DNA from: Parcubacteria group bacterium
GTDB lineage: Bacteria; Patescibacteriota; Minisyncoccia; Minisyncoccales; UBA10102
Length of the DNA: 64,000 nt
Assembly (NCBI GenBank): GCA_016203945.1
Contig: JACQLT010000002.1
Span: 73,585-137,584 of the forward strand
Reading direction: 5' to 3'
Position numbers and translations under genes: made by a program. The notes below the pieces were generated by a model. The model was not told the DNA's origin. It was given only the letters and a program-made list of their open reading frames with translations, and made no database searches. Positions 47,346 through 57,505 of the stretch are shown here, one piece after another; the first letter of the stretch is position 1, and the number at the start of each line of letters is the position of its first letter.

Positions 47346-47360
47346 CTGCATCATACAACT

Positions 47361-49043
47361 ATGATCACAACAAAATCTCAGCAGCAGCTGCGCATCATCC
47401 CTCTTGGGGGGCTGGGCGAAGTCGGTCGCAACATGATGCTCATTGAATGGCAGGAGGAAATCCTGATTATTGACATGGGCTTCCGCATGCCAGAAGAAGA
47501 CATGCCGGGCATTGACTATATCATTCCCAACATCTCATACCTCAAGGGAAAAGAGAAGAAGATCCTGGGACTGCTGGTCACGCACGGCCACTACGATCAC
47601 ATGGGAGCCATTCCGTATTTCATCGGAAAACTCGGCAACCCCCCGATTTACGCGGGAGGCATGGCCAAGGCCATTATCCTCAGACGCCAGGAAGACTTCC
47701 CAAACCAGCCCAAGCTCCACATCATTGACGTGAAAGACGGGAGCAGATTCTCCATAGGAAGCTTTTCCGTGGAAGCGTTCCGTCAGAACCATAACATCAC
47801 AGACAACTACGGATACGTCATTACTACTCCGATTGGAAATATCGTGCATACATCTGATTTTAAGTTCGACTCAAGCCCGGTGAACGATCCTCCGAGCGAT
47901 TTTGAAAAACTGCGAGATATCGGAGACCGGAAAATATTGCTTTTGATGTCCGATTCTACGAACGCGGAAGAACCCAACCACTCTCTTTCAGAAAAGAAAA
48001 TCATGGAAAACTTAGATGAACTTATAAAGAATGCAAAGGGCCGCATCATTACGGCAACCTTTGCCTCTTTACTGAACCGAATTCAGCAAATCATCACGCT
48101 CTCTGAACAATACGGAAGAAAGGTGAGCCCCGAAGGATTCTCTATGAAAACAAACATTGAGATATCAAAACAGCTTGGCTATCTGAAAGCCCGCAAGGGA
48201 ACCATCCTCTCCACAAGAGAAGTGCTGAAATATCCCGATTCCAAAATCACCATTTTAGCCACCGGGGCTCAGGGAGAAGAACGCGCGGTGCTTATGCGCA
48301 TCGTGAACCGAGAACATCCCCTTCTGAAAATCCAGAGGGGAGATACGGTTATCTTTTCTTCTTCTGTCATTCCGGGCAATGAACGCACCGTGCAGTATGT
48401 AAAAGACAACTTGTACCGCCAGGGAGCTAACGTATTCAACTACAAAATGCTTGACATTCATGCTTCCGGCCACGCCAATCAAGACGAATTAAAAGAAATG
48501 ATAGAGCTCATGCGGCCTAAATTCCTCTTGCCCGTGCACGGACAGTTTTCCATGCTGGTAAACCACGCCAAACTTGCCGCCTCGTCCGGCATTCCGGAAA
48601 AAAACATAGTGGTCATGGAGAATGGACAAATCCTCAATGTTTCCAAAACCGGAATTTCCGTAGAAAAGAAAACGGTACCTGCCAACTACATCATGGTGGA
48701 TGGCCTCGGGGTCGGAGACGTGGGAGAGGTGGTGCTCCGCGACCGCCAGAGCCTGGCGAAAGACGGCATGTTCGTTCTCATCGTGGTCGTGGACCGGCAG
48801 ACAGGACGCGTCAAAGGCTCTCCCGACATCATTTCTCGCGGCTTCATCTATCTGCGGGAATCCGGAGATCTTCTGCACCAGGTGCGCAGGCGAGTCGTTG
48901 AGATCGTGAACCAGTCCGCAGGGAGCGGAGGAGCCATAAACTGGATATATGTGCGGGACAACGTGAAAAATAAGGTGGGAGAATTTCTCTTTACCAAGAC
49001 CCAGCGAAGACCCATGGTATTGCCCGTTATAATCGAAGTATAG
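47361..49043 (+). CDS. rnj: Ribonuclease J
   Basis: IPLGGLGEVGRNM, THGHYDH, HTSDFK, SDSTNA, HASGH; start moved downstream of the tRNA. Confidence 0.95.
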   Translation: MITTKSQQQLRIIPLGGLGEVGRNMMLIEWQEEILIIDMGFRMPEEDMPGIDYIIPNISYLKGKEKKILGLLVTHGHYDHMGAIPYFIGKLGNPPIYAGGMAKAIILRRQEDFPNQPKLHIIDVKDGSRFSIGSFSVEAFRQNHNITDNYGYVITTPIGNIVHTSDFKFDSSPVNDPPSDFEKLRDIGDRKILLLMSDSTNAEEPNHSLSEKKIMENLDELIKNAKGRIITATFASLLNRIQQIITLSEQYGRKVSPEGFSMKTNIEISKQLGYLKARKGTILSTREVLKYPDSKITILATGAQGEERAVLMRIVNREHPLLKIQRGDTVIFSSSVIPGNERTVQYVKDNLYRQGANVFNYKMLDIHASGHANQDELKEMIELMRPKFLLPVHGQFSMLVNHAKLAASSGIPEKNIVVMENGQILNVSKTGISVEKKTVPANYIMVDGLGVGDVGEVVLRDRQSLAKDGMFVLIVVVDRQTGRVKGSPDIISRGFIYLRESGDLLHQVRRRVVEIVNQSAGSGGAINWIYVRDNVKNKVGEFLFTKTQRRPMVLPVIIEV

Positions 49044-49047
49044 CTGT

Positions 49048-50031
49048 ATGAGAATCGTAAGCGGCATTCAGCCAACAGGAAAATATCATATTGGAAACTA
49101 TTTGGGAGCGATCAGGCATTGGATCAAACTCCAAGAAGAACATGAGTGCTTCTTTTTCGTTGCCGACCTGCACGCGATCACCCTTCCTCAAGATCCGGAA
49201 GAACTCAAAAAAGCCACGCTTCAAAAAATCATTGAGCTCGTGGCGTTGGGACTCAGTACCGAACGCTGCTGCCTGTTCGTGCAGTCGCACATCCAGGAAG
49301 CCCCCGAGCTTGCCTGGATATTCAGCACCATCACTCCCATAGGGGAACTGGAGCGCATGACCCAGTACAAAGACAAGAAGAACAAGACAAAAGATTCTGC
49401 CAACGCGGGGCTCTTTCTCTACCCGACTCTCATGGCTGCAGACATTCTTTTGTACAAGGCAGAGGGAGTCCCTGTAGGACAAGATCAGCTCCAGCACCTT
49501 GAGCTCACGCGGGAAACCGCAAGAAGGTTCAACAAGCGCTTCGGAGAGACGTTCCTCATTCCAAAAGCAATGGTTCCCGAGTTGGGGGCAAAAATCCTTT
49601 CGCTCACGGACCCGAAGAGGAAAATGTCCAAGTCAGACCCTCTGGATTCCCAGATCCTGCTTTTGGATGAGCCCGACGCCATCCGCAAAAAGATATTCCG
49701 GGCGGTTACCGACCGCGGCACCGTGGTTTCGTACGATCCCGCTAAAAAACCCGGAATATCAAACCTTCTCACCGTCTACTCGCTCTTTGCCGAAATATCC
49801 GTCAAAGAGGTGGAGCGAAAATTCGCAAAGAAGGGATACGCCGTCTTCAAGAAAGCCCTCGCTGATCTCCTGGTACGCAAGCTAGAACCCTTCAGAAGAA
49901 AATACGCAGAGCTCGCCTCTCGCGACGTCTATGTCCAAGAAATCATCAAACAAGGCGCAAAACGCGCCAGCTCCGTGGCGCAAGACACCATGGAAGAGGT
50001 GCGGGGCAAGGTGGGATTCTTGCAGGTTTAG
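49048..50031 (+). CDS. trpS: Tryptophan--tRNA ligase
   Basis: SGIQPTG..HIGNYLG, YPTLMAADIL, VPVGQDQ.QH, KMSKS. Confidence 0.97.
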   Translation: MRIVSGIQPTGKYHIGNYLGAIRHWIKLQEEHECFFFVADLHAITLPQDPEELKKATLQKIIELVALGLSTERCCLFVQSHIQEAPELAWIFSTITPIGELERMTQYKDKKNKTKDSANAGLFLYPTLMAADILLYKAEGVPVGQDQLQHLELTRETARRFNKRFGETFLIPKAMVPELGAKILSLTDPKRKMSKSDPLDSQILLLDEPDAIRKKIFRAVTDRGTVVSYDPAKKPGISNLLTVYSLFAEISVKEVERKFAKKGYAVFKKALADLLVRKLEPFRRKYAELASRDVYVQEIIKQGAKRASSVAQDTMEEVRGKVGFLQV

Positions 50032-50032
50032 C

Positions 50033-51517
50033 TCACACCCAGCCGAGTTTGCCGGTCAAGGTCACGACTTCGAAGCGGTTGAGCTTGTCCTGGATCTGGG
50101 GGAATTTTTCCAGCTCATCGGCAAGGATATTCTTTACTTTGAGCACCTCTTCTTTTGAAGCCCCCTCTACTCGCACGGTGAGATAGGGCGAGGTGTTGGA
50201 TGCCCGGACAATGCCCCACGCCTTTTCCGTTACCTGAATTCGCACTCCATCAATGAGCACGGCTGGATACTGCTTCTTTAAGTCTTCTGTAATCTGCTGC
50301 ACGACTTCAAACTTGTCCTCGTCTTTGCATGGCAGCTTTATCTCGGGCGTCCTCACCCGCTGCGGAATATCCTTAAACATTGAGGAGAATGGGCCCGTCT
50401 GACGAGAAAAGAGCTCAAGCATCTTGCCTGCTGCGAATACTCCGTCATCAATCTTGAAGTAGTCCTCCACGAAGAAAAAGTGGCCCGACGCCTCTCCGCC
50501 AAAGATAACATCTGGATCCTTGCGCAGGGTCTCCTTGATGGGAGCGTGTCCTGTCCTGTGCATCATGGGTATTCCCCCGTAGTGAGGGATGAGCTCTTCT
50601 AAAAGCTGGGAGCACTTGGTGTCATACAATATCTTCTTTCCCGGGTGCCTTGAAAGCGCGTCTTTCGCAAAGAGCAAAAGCGGCAGGTCGGCTGAGATAA
50701 ACTTGCCTTGTTCGTCCACGAAGCCCATCCGATCCCCGTCTGCATCAAAGGCGATGCCGAGGTCAGCCTTCTCTTCCACAACCTTCTTTCCAAGGGCTAC
50801 CATGTTCTGCGGCCCTTCCGGGTCAGGATCATGATTCGGAAAGGTAGCGTCTGGCTCGGCATACATTGAGATAACCTCGCATCCGAGCTTCTCAAAGAGG
50901 CCTGGGACAAAGATGCCGGCGCTTCCGTTGCCAGTATCTATAACAATGCGAAGCTTCCGGGAAAGCCTGATGTGCTCTAAAAAGTACTTCTCGTATACAG
51001 GGAACATCTCTGTTGTCTCAAGCTGCCCCATGGGCTGGCTTTCGTAGTCCTCTTGCTCAATCATCTTTCTCATCTCCTGCAACTCCTCGCCGAAAAGCGG
51101 CCAGACGCCCTTCTTCATGAATTTAAAGCCATTGTAAAAATAGACGTTGTGGCTGCCCGTAACGTTCACGCCCCCGTCAAACCCCAGGAACGCGGTTGCA
51201 AAGTAGATGATAGGGGTAAGGGCAATCCCGGCATCAACAATGTCGCATCCGGTGGAGCGTATGCCAGAAACAAACATATCCTTGAGCTCCTTTCCAGAAG
51301 GCCTCACCTCATACCCGACCACCACCCTCTTCCCCTCGGCTCTCCGGATCATCGTGCCGTACGCTTTTCCTATCTCAAGGACTGCATCCTGGGTGAGCGT
51401 AATGCCGGGAAATGGACCGTACCATTTTTCGTACTTGGCGATTTCCTCTTTTGAGAATGAGATGCCTGCTATCCCCCGAATATCGTATTCCCGAAATATT
51501 GATGAGGCCAGTTGCAT
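50033..51517 (-). CDS. Phosphomannomutase/phosphoglucomutase
   Basis: IFREYDIRG, TGSHN, FDADGDR, GEASGH, VRASNT. Confidence 0.92.
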   Translation of the reverse strand: MQLASSIFREYDIRGIAGISFSKEEIAKYEKWYGPFPGITLTQDAVLEIGKAYGTMIRRAEGKRVVVGYEVRPSGKELKDMFVSGIRSTGCDIVDAGIALTPIIYFATAFLGFDGGVNVTGSHNVYFYNGFKFMKKGVWPLFGEELQEMRKMIEQEDYESQPMGQLETTEMFPVYEKYFLEHIRLSRKLRIVIDTGNGSAGIFVPGLFEKLGCEVISMYAEPDATFPNHDPDPEGPQNMVALGKKVVEEKADLGIAFDADGDRMGFVDEQGKFISADLPLLLFAKDALSRHPGKKILYDTKCSQLLEELIPHYGGIPMMHRTGHAPIKETLRKDPDVIFGGEASGHFFFVEDYFKIDDGVFAAGKMLELFSRQTGPFSSMFKDIPQRVRTPEIKLPCKDEDKFEVVQQITEDLKKQYPAVLIDGVRIQVTEKAWGIVRASNTSPYLTVRVEGASKEEVLKVKNILADELEKFPQIQDKLNRFEVVTLTGKLGWV

Positions 51518-51546
51518 ACTTCACTATTATATACTAAGATATCCTC

Positions 51547-51963
51547 ATGCCAAATTACGAATGGACACTTCTTCTGGATCCCGTACTTGAAGAAAAGCAG
51601 GCCAGGCAACAGGTTGCCTCGGCAGCCTCTCTTGTGCAGGAAGGCGGAGGCATAGTGCAGTCGCAAGAAGTATTAGGAAAGCGCCCCCTGCCAAGCACCA
51701 TACGGAAACACAGGGAAGTCAATCTTGCCCGTATTGAGGCAACGATTGCCCAGGATCGCGTAGAAGCCGTGGCAAAGAAGCTTGACGAAATACCCGCAAT
51801 CCTCCGCATCATGCTGACCATAAAAAGGCGCCGCGCGCCCATGCCCCCACGAAGACAGCTGCACCGGAGCGTGTTGAAAACGCCCGTGCAAGCCAAGGAA
51901 AAAATGGATGTCCGGGAGATTGACAAGAAGATTGAAGAACTCCTCCAAGAACCTCAAATATGA
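51547..51963 (+). CDS. rpsF: 30S ribosomal protein S6
   Basis: MPNYEWTLLLDP, LGKRPL, ILRIM; position in rpsF-ssb-rpsR. Confidence 0.85.
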   Translation: MPNYEWTLLLDPVLEEKQARQQVASAASLVQEGGGIVQSQEVLGKRPLPSTIRKHREVNLARIEATIAQDRVEAVAKKLDEIPAILRIMLTIKRRRAPMPPRRQLHRSVLKTPVQAKEKMDVREIDKKIEELLQEPQI

Positions 51964-52409
51964 ATCTCAACAAAATATTTCTTATCGGAAACTTAACCGC
52001 GGATCCAGAATTGCGAACTACGACTTCCGGACAAAAAGTCTGCACGATGCGCATGGCCACGAACCGAACGTGGAAAAATCAGGCCGGCCAGAAGCAAGAG
52101 AAAGCGGAGTTTCACAGCGTCATCTTGTGGGGAAGGCTTGCTGAAATAGCCAGCCAGTACCTCAAAAAGGGAAATATGGCGTACGTGGAAGGACGCATTG
52201 AGACGCGAAGCTGGGACGACCAGCAAAGCGGCCAGAAAAAATACCGCACCGAGATCATAGCAGAGCGCCTTCAGCTCGGCCCCAAAGGGCAACACTCACA
52301 CGAAGGAGAGGACCTTCGCGCCTCCCCTCCCAAGGAAACTCCTGCAGCCGAGGAAATCCCCATCATTGAAGAAGACGAAGATATCGACGTAAAAGACATA
52401 CCCTTCTAA
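51960..52409 (+). CDS. ssb: Single-stranded DNA-binding protein
   Basis: LNKIFLIGNLTADPELR, acidic C-terminus ending DIPF. Confidence 0.97.
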   Translation: MNLNKIFLIGNLTADPELRTTTSGQKVCTMRMATNRTWKNQAGQKQEKAEFHSVILWGRLAEIASQYLKKGNMAYVEGRIETRSWDDQQSGQKKYRTEIIAERLQLGPKGQHSHEGEDLRASPPKETPAAEEIPIIEEDEDIDVKDIPF

Positions 52410-52414
52410 CTACT

Positions 52415-52612
52415 ATGGATTGCTCACTCTGCAAGAAAAACATCCAGGACGTGGATTTTAAGGACACAATCGCGCTCAAGCGCTTTATTTCCGGTCTTGG
52501 AAAAATCCGAGGGCGGAAGCGAACCGGCCTGTGTGCATCCCACCAGCGCCAGGTGGGACGCGCAATCAAAAGAGCGAGGCATCTCGGCCTGCTCTCTGCC
52601 ACATCCAAATAA
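52415..52612 (+). CDS. rpsR: 30S ribosomal protein S18 (Zn-binding type)
   Basis: CxxC, VDFKD, GKI...TGLCASHQR...IKRAR. Confidence 0.93.
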   Translation: MDCSLCKKNIQDVDFKDTIALKRFISGLGKIRGRKRTGLCASHQRQVGRAIKRARHLGLLSATSK

Positions 52613-52627
52613 CCCCTCTATTCACAT

Positions 52628-52697
52628 CCTTGGTTCGGCCAAGTTATCCACACCTTGGCCGAACCAAGGATTTCCAAGGATTTTTGCCAAGGATTTT
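52628..52697. repeat. Composite repeat: 17-bp boxes plus DnaA box plus CCAAGGATTT x3
   Basis: CCTTGGTTCGGCCAAG-TTATCCACA-CCTTGGCCGAACCAAGG-ATTTCCAAGGATTTTTGCCAAGGATTT. Confidence 0.7.
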
Positions 52698-52700
52698 TGG

Positions 52701-53420
52701 TTAGAGACCCAAGAAGTTGCGCAAGAACAAAGCCGGAATCACCGTGACGCTTCCTGAAGAACTGATCGCGGCAATGCCTGCCACGCGGCCTTCCACCGTG
52801 AAGACCGCGGCTCCAGTCGAAGCCGCCGTCTCTGTTATCGTGCTCTGAATCAGATCTCCCGCGACAGAACGCACCACTCCTTCATTCACGATTATTCCTG
52901 CGGTACTTTGCGCTATCAACACAAGTTTCATCCCGGGATTTAACTCTCCTTCATTAACGAACCCGGCCGTGGGCAGATTGTTCTTTTCCACCTTCAGGAG
53001 AACAAGATTGCTTGCCGCATCACGCTTCAACACCTGAGCGGGAATGGTCTCCTGGTTTTGATCAAGCGACACCGAAACTCCAAAACCAGGGGGCGTCAAT
53101 GAAGCCCGGGTCAAGATCAAGCCGTCTGAAGTTACGATAAGCCCGGAACCCTTTCTCCCAGCTCCGCTCTGCACCAATACCACGGTCTTGCCAGACTTTT
53201 CTACGGTCTTCTCTAGGGCTGCTGGCTCCTCAACAGAAATCTGAGAAACAGGCTGTACAAGAACCGTGCGCGCGTTCCAGTCCTGGATGAACTTCAAGTC
53301 CTGGAATGCGGGCGAAGACGCGAGATATGGCAACAGGAACGCCTGCGCCCAAATTCCTCCCGCAGCCCCCAGAACAAACATAGAGACAATCAAAAAGATG
53401 CGTTGTATCATGCAATTCAC
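52701..53420 (-). CDS. Membrane-anchored trypsin-like protein, catalytic triad degenerate
   Basis: [14 protein letters not shown] fold motif; His, Asp and Ser positions all substituted relative to the neighbouring HtrA. Confidence 0.7.
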   Translation of the reverse strand: MNCMIQRIFLIVSMFVLGAAGGIWAQAFLLPYLASSPAFQDLKFIQDWNARTVLVQPVSQISVEEPAALEKTVEKSGKTVVLVQSGAGRKGSGLIVTSDGLILTRASLTPPGFGVSVSLDQNQETIPAQVLKRDAASNLVLLKVEKNNLPTAGFVNEGELNPGMKLVLIAQSTAGIIVNEGVVRSVAGDLIQSTITETAASTGAAVFTVEGRVAGIAAISSSGSVTVIPALFLRNFLGL

Positions 53421-56122
53421 GCAACAACAGCCCGAGTTGTCTTTTTCTTTTGAGGAGAAACGATATGGCCCAATCCCTGGAATACGATCTCTCCGTCCTT
53501 CTCGTCCAGAATTACCCGTACTCCGGCGGGAATCTCTCCTGCGACGATTTTCAAAGACAAGGGGTCTAGCACGAGCCGCTGGATCACTCGGCGCAGGGGC
53601 CGGGCGCCAAGATTCGGGTCAAAGCCCTTTTGAGCGAGCAGGGTTTTTGCTTTTTCGGTCGCCTCCAGCTCAATATTCTGGGCAGCTAAGCGCTCCGCAA
53701 CCTTCGCAAGCTCAAGCTCCACGATGCGCGTGATTTCTCCTTTTGCCAGGTAGTTAAAGATGATAATTTCGTCAATACGGTTCAAGAACTCCGGACGAAA
53801 CTCCTCTTTCAGGGCAGCCATCACCTTTTCTCGCACATTTGATTTTGCTTCCTCGCCCTGCTCTCCCAGGAAACCCAACGGAGCCATGAGCGCTATGTGC
53901 GAAGAGCCGACGTTGGACGTCATGATGATGATGGCGTTCTTGAACGAAGCCACCCTTCCCTTGGCGTCGGTAAGCCGGCCGTCTTCCAGGATCTGCAGAA
54001 GAATGTTGAATACTTCGGGATGCGCCTTTTCCACCTCGTCCAACAGGATGACGCTGTACGGACGCCGGCGGATCTTCTCGGTCAGCTGGCCCCCTTCTTC
54101 ATATCCGACATATCCCGGAGGAGAGCCGATCATGCGAGAAACGGCATGGCGCTCCATATACTCTGACATGTCCAAGCGGATCATGGCATTCTCGTCATTA
54201 AACAGAAACTCGGCCAGGGCTTTTGCGGTTTCCGTCTTGCCGACTCCAGTGGGACCAAGAAAGAGAAACGAGCCCAAGGGCCTGTTCTCCTCAGAAAGAC
54301 CCGCTCTGCTCCTTCTGATGGCAGCAGATATGGCTCCCAGCGCCTCGTCCTGCCCCACCACGCGGCGACGCAGTGCGTCTTCAATCTTCTCTAACTTCTT
54401 TGCCTCTTCTTCCAGGAGACGCATGACGGGGATTCCCGTCCACCTTGCTACCACTTTTGCCATGTCTTCTTCCGTCACCTCTTCTTTGACAATCGGACGG
54501 TTCTTTTGGAATCTCAGAAGCCGACGCTCTTCTGACCGAAGCCTCTTGAGAAGGTCTGGGATGAGGGAATATTTCACTTCGGCTACCTTTTGCAGATTGC
54601 CTGCCGTCTGCTCTCGCTCAGCTTCAAACCGAAGCTGATCCAATTTCGCTTTTAATTCTTTGATGCTGTTCACCACTTCCTTTTCCGTAGACCACTTTGC
54701 TTCAATTCCCTTTGCCTTCTCTCTCAGATCGGCTAACTGCCGGATGATGCCTTTTGTTTTGTTTGTCTTCCCTTTTTCTGAGGCGAGCGCCTCTTGCTCA
54801 ATTTCAAGCTTTTGAATTTCGCGCTTGAGCTGATCCAACTCAACCGGCTCTGACTCCATGTCCAGCCGCAGGGCTGACATGGCTTCGTCCATGAGATCAA
54901 TCGCTTTGTCGGGCAGGAAGCGATCTGCAATATACCTGGCGGCAAGGTTTGCCGCTGCCACCAAGGCGGCATCCCTCACCTTAACGCCGTGGTGCAGCTC
55001 ATATTTTTCTTTGATGCCCCGCAGAATGGACACGGCGTCTTCAATAGAAGGTTCTGCCACGTAGATGGGCTGGAAGCGGCGCTCTAAGGCCGCGTCTCGC
55101 TCAATGTACTTCTGGTATTCCTTAAGCGTGGTGGCTCCAATAGCCCTGAGATCTCCCCGCGCCAACGCGGGCTTGAGAAGGTTGGAAGCGTCAATCGCGC
55201 CTTCAGCAGCTCCCGCTCCCACGAGTGTATGCAGCTCATCAATAAACAGCAGGTACTTGCCGGCAGCCCGATCCAGCTCCTTGAGCAGGGCCTTGATGCG
55301 ATCTTCAAACTCTCCGCGGTACTTGGTGCCAGCGATCAACGATCCCAAATCAAGCGCAATAATCTCTTTGTCTTTCAGGGATTCGGGCACTTCTCCCTTC
55401 ATGATTTTTTGAGCTAAGCCTTCTGCAACCGCGGTCTTCCCAACGCCAGCCTCCCCGATGAGAACGGGGTTGTTTTTCGTGCGCCGGGAAAGCACCTGCA
55501 TGAGCCTCCTGATTTCCTGCTCCCTGCCGATTACCGGGTCAAGCTTGCCGAGCTCGGCCAAGCGCGTCAGATTTTTCGTATATCGTTCAATGACCTGGTA
55601 CTTGGATTCCGGAGTGGGATCCGTAATCCGAACTCCTCCCCGGATCTCTGCCAATACTTTGAGCACGGTGTCGTAATCAAGCTTGCCGACTTCCAGCATG
55701 GCGGCATCCTTTCCCCCCTGCACAATGTGCGTACGCTCCAGCACTTCCTTGGCCTGGGTTTGGGCATCAACCAGAGCAAGCAACAGATGTTCTACCGAAA
55801 CGTATTCATCGCCCATCTTCCCGGCTTCTGTCCTGGCTCTCTCCAGCACGCGCGCCAAGTCTTGCGTCAGATAGAACTGGCCGAATACGGCAGGGCTGGT
55901 GCTTTTCGGAAGGCGTTCTAACGCGTTCGCCGTCTTTTTCTTCAAGTCTTCCACGTCTGCCCCAATCTTGGCCAAGACGGTCTGCACCACCGATCCCTCC
56001 TGCGAAAGCAACGCCAAAAGCAGATGGAGTGCATCCACCTGTTGCTGGCCTTTTTCCTGGGCCATCTGCTGGGCCTGCATGATGGCCTCTTGCGCCTTGT
56101 TTGTAAAGTTTCCGCCAGTCAT
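53417..56122 (-). CDS. clpB: ATP-dependent chaperone ClpB
   Basis: [17 protein letters not shown], long middle domain, [17 protein letters not shown]. Confidence 0.95.
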   Translation of the reverse strand: MTGGNFTNKAQEAIMQAQQMAQEKGQQQVDALHLLLALLSQEGSVVQTVLAKIGADVEDLKKKTANALERLPKSTSPAVFGQFYLTQDLARVLERARTEAGKMGDEYVSVEHLLLALVDAQTQAKEVLERTHIVQGGKDAAMLEVGKLDYDTVLKVLAEIRGGVRITDPTPESKYQVIERYTKNLTRLAELGKLDPVIGREQEIRRLMQVLSRRTKNNPVLIGEAGVGKTAVAEGLAQKIMKGEVPESLKDKEIIALDLGSLIAGTKYRGEFEDRIKALLKELDRAAGKYLLFIDELHTLVGAGAAEGAIDASNLLKPALARGDLRAIGATTLKEYQKYIERDAALERRFQPIYVAEPSIEDAVSILRGIKEKYELHHGVKVRDAALVAAANLAARYIADRFLPDKAIDLMDEAMSALRLDMESEPVELDQLKREIQKLEIEQEALASEKGKTNKTKGIIRQLADLREKAKGIEAKWSTEKEVVNSIKELKAKLDQLRFEAEREQTAGNLQKVAEVKYSLIPDLLKRLRSEERRLLRFQKNRPIVKEEVTEEDMAKVVARWTGIPVMRLLEEEAKKLEKIEDALRRRVVGQDEALGAISAAIRRSRAGLSEENRPLGSFLFLGPTGVGKTETAKALAEFLFNDENAMIRLDMSEYMERHAVSRMIGSPPGYVGYEEGGQLTEKIRRRPYSVILLDEVEKAHPEVFNILLQILEDGRLTDAKGRVASFKNAIIIMTSNVGSSHIALMAPLGFLGEQGEEAKSNVREKVMAALKEEFRPEFLNRIDEIIIFNYLAKGEITRIVELELAKVAERLAAQNIELEATEKAKTLLAQKGFDPNLGARPLRRVIQRLVLDPLSLKIVAGEIPAGVRVILDEKDGEIVFQGLGHIVSPQKKKTTRAVVA

Positions 56123-56158
56123 GATTCTTTTATATCATAAAACCCTTAATAATCAAGC

Positions 56159-57493
56159 CTACTGCGTGCGGGAACCGAGCTCCACGTTTATAGTTTTTTC
56201 TTGAGAACCAGAGAATATGGTAAGGGTTACGAAATCTCCCGGATCGTATTTCTGGATGATAGTGCCCAACGAGTTGTCCTGCGTAATCCGCTCTCCGTTC
56301 AGTCGCAAAATGACATCTCCTGCCCTGAGTCCTGCCTTGGCTGCGGGAGATCCGGGTTCAATCGCAGCCTCTCCGCTCTCACCCCTCACCACGAGGGCGC
56401 CGTAGTCCACCGTCAGATTCCGGTCTTTCTGCACGGCCGATGTGACCCCAACATATCTGACGCCCAAAAATGCATAGGTGATTTCGCCTCCTTTGCGCAC
56501 CTGATCAATAGAACGCCTCACCTTGTTTATGGGAATCGCAAATCCGATGCTCTGAGCTCCCGAAACAGTCGCGGTGTCCATGCCGATCACTTGGCCCGCA
56601 AGATTGAGAAGCGGCCCTCCGGAGTTTCCCTGGTTGATTGCGGCATCCGTCTGAATGACATCTTCAATTGTTTCTACGAAAGTTCCTCCGGTCGCTGTGA
56701 TGGTGCGGCCGAGCCCGGACACCACGCCCGTAGACACCGTGTTGCGGAACTCTCCAAGCGCGTTGCCAATAGCAATGACCGTCTGGCCTATTTGCAGGGC
56801 GTCAGAGTCCCCGAGATTCGCCACCGGGAAACCTCCGTTGGGATTTTCTATCTTCAGAATGGCAAGATCCTGTACGGGGTCCCGCGCGAGCACCTTGGCA
56901 GGATATGACTTGCCGTCGTTCGTAAAGACGGTGTATTCTGCTTTCTCGTCAAGCACCACATGCTTATTCGTCACCACTAGGCCGTCGGCCGCAACGATGA
57001 ATCCGGATCCCCCGCCCACCTCTTTCTTTTCCGTGCCGCGTTGCCGGTACTGGGGGACTTCAACCTTGAAGGGCGATCCTTCTCCGAACGGATTGACAAA
57101 GTATTGTTCCACAATGGGAACATCCTTTGTGATTACGATAGACACCACGGCTGGAGAAACGCTCTCCACGGCTCCGATGATCTTTTCTTCCTGGGTCGTC
57201 TGGGGGACATACGAGGTTTCAAACCCCGGAGAAAACGTGCTCTGAAGATCTATTAATTCGCGCGAGAATAGTCCGCCTCCTTTGGCGTAGTACGACCCTG
57301 CCAATCCTCCAAAGAATCCTGCCACGACAGCTCCCACGAATATGCCTGCCACGAACAAAGCCGCCTTCTCTTGAAAGAAGGAAGGCATTTTTATATGAAG
57401 CCGCGGCATCCGGAACTTGCCCCGTATAAATGCAAGCATTCTTCGGGGCTTGCGCGGCAGCTGCGGAAACGAAGGAAGATCGTAAAGGCTCAT
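56159..57493 (-). CDS. htrA: HtrA/DegP-family serine protease with PDZ domain
   Basis: TNKHV, DLAIL, IQTDAAINQGNSGGPL, C-terminal PDZ. Confidence 0.92.
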   Translation of the reverse strand: MSLYDLPSFPQLPRKPRRMLAFIRGKFRMPRLHIKMPSFFQEKAALFVAGIFVGAVVAGFFGGLAGSYYAKGGGLFSRELIDLQSTFSPGFETSYVPQTTQEEKIIGAVESVSPAVVSIVITKDVPIVEQYFVNPFGEGSPFKVEVPQYRQRGTEKKEVGGGSGFIVAADGLVVTNKHVVLDEKAEYTVFTNDGKSYPAKVLARDPVQDLAILKIENPNGGFPVANLGDSDALQIGQTVIAIGNALGEFRNTVSTGVVSGLGRTITATGGTFVETIEDVIQTDAAINQGNSGGPLLNLAGQVIGMDTATVSGAQSIGFAIPINKVRRSIDQVRKGGEITYAFLGVRYVGVTSAVQKDRNLTVDYGALVVRGESGEAAIEPGSPAAKAGLRAGDVILRLNGERITQDNSLGTIIQKYDPGDFVTLTIFSGSQEKTINVELGSRTQ

Positions 57494-57505
57494 AGAGTAC
57501 CGCTA

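Noticed and set aside
47265-47360. N-terminal extension of RNase J in the ORF track
   Set aside because: It is a translation of the tRNA-Leu gene; the real start is ATG 47361.
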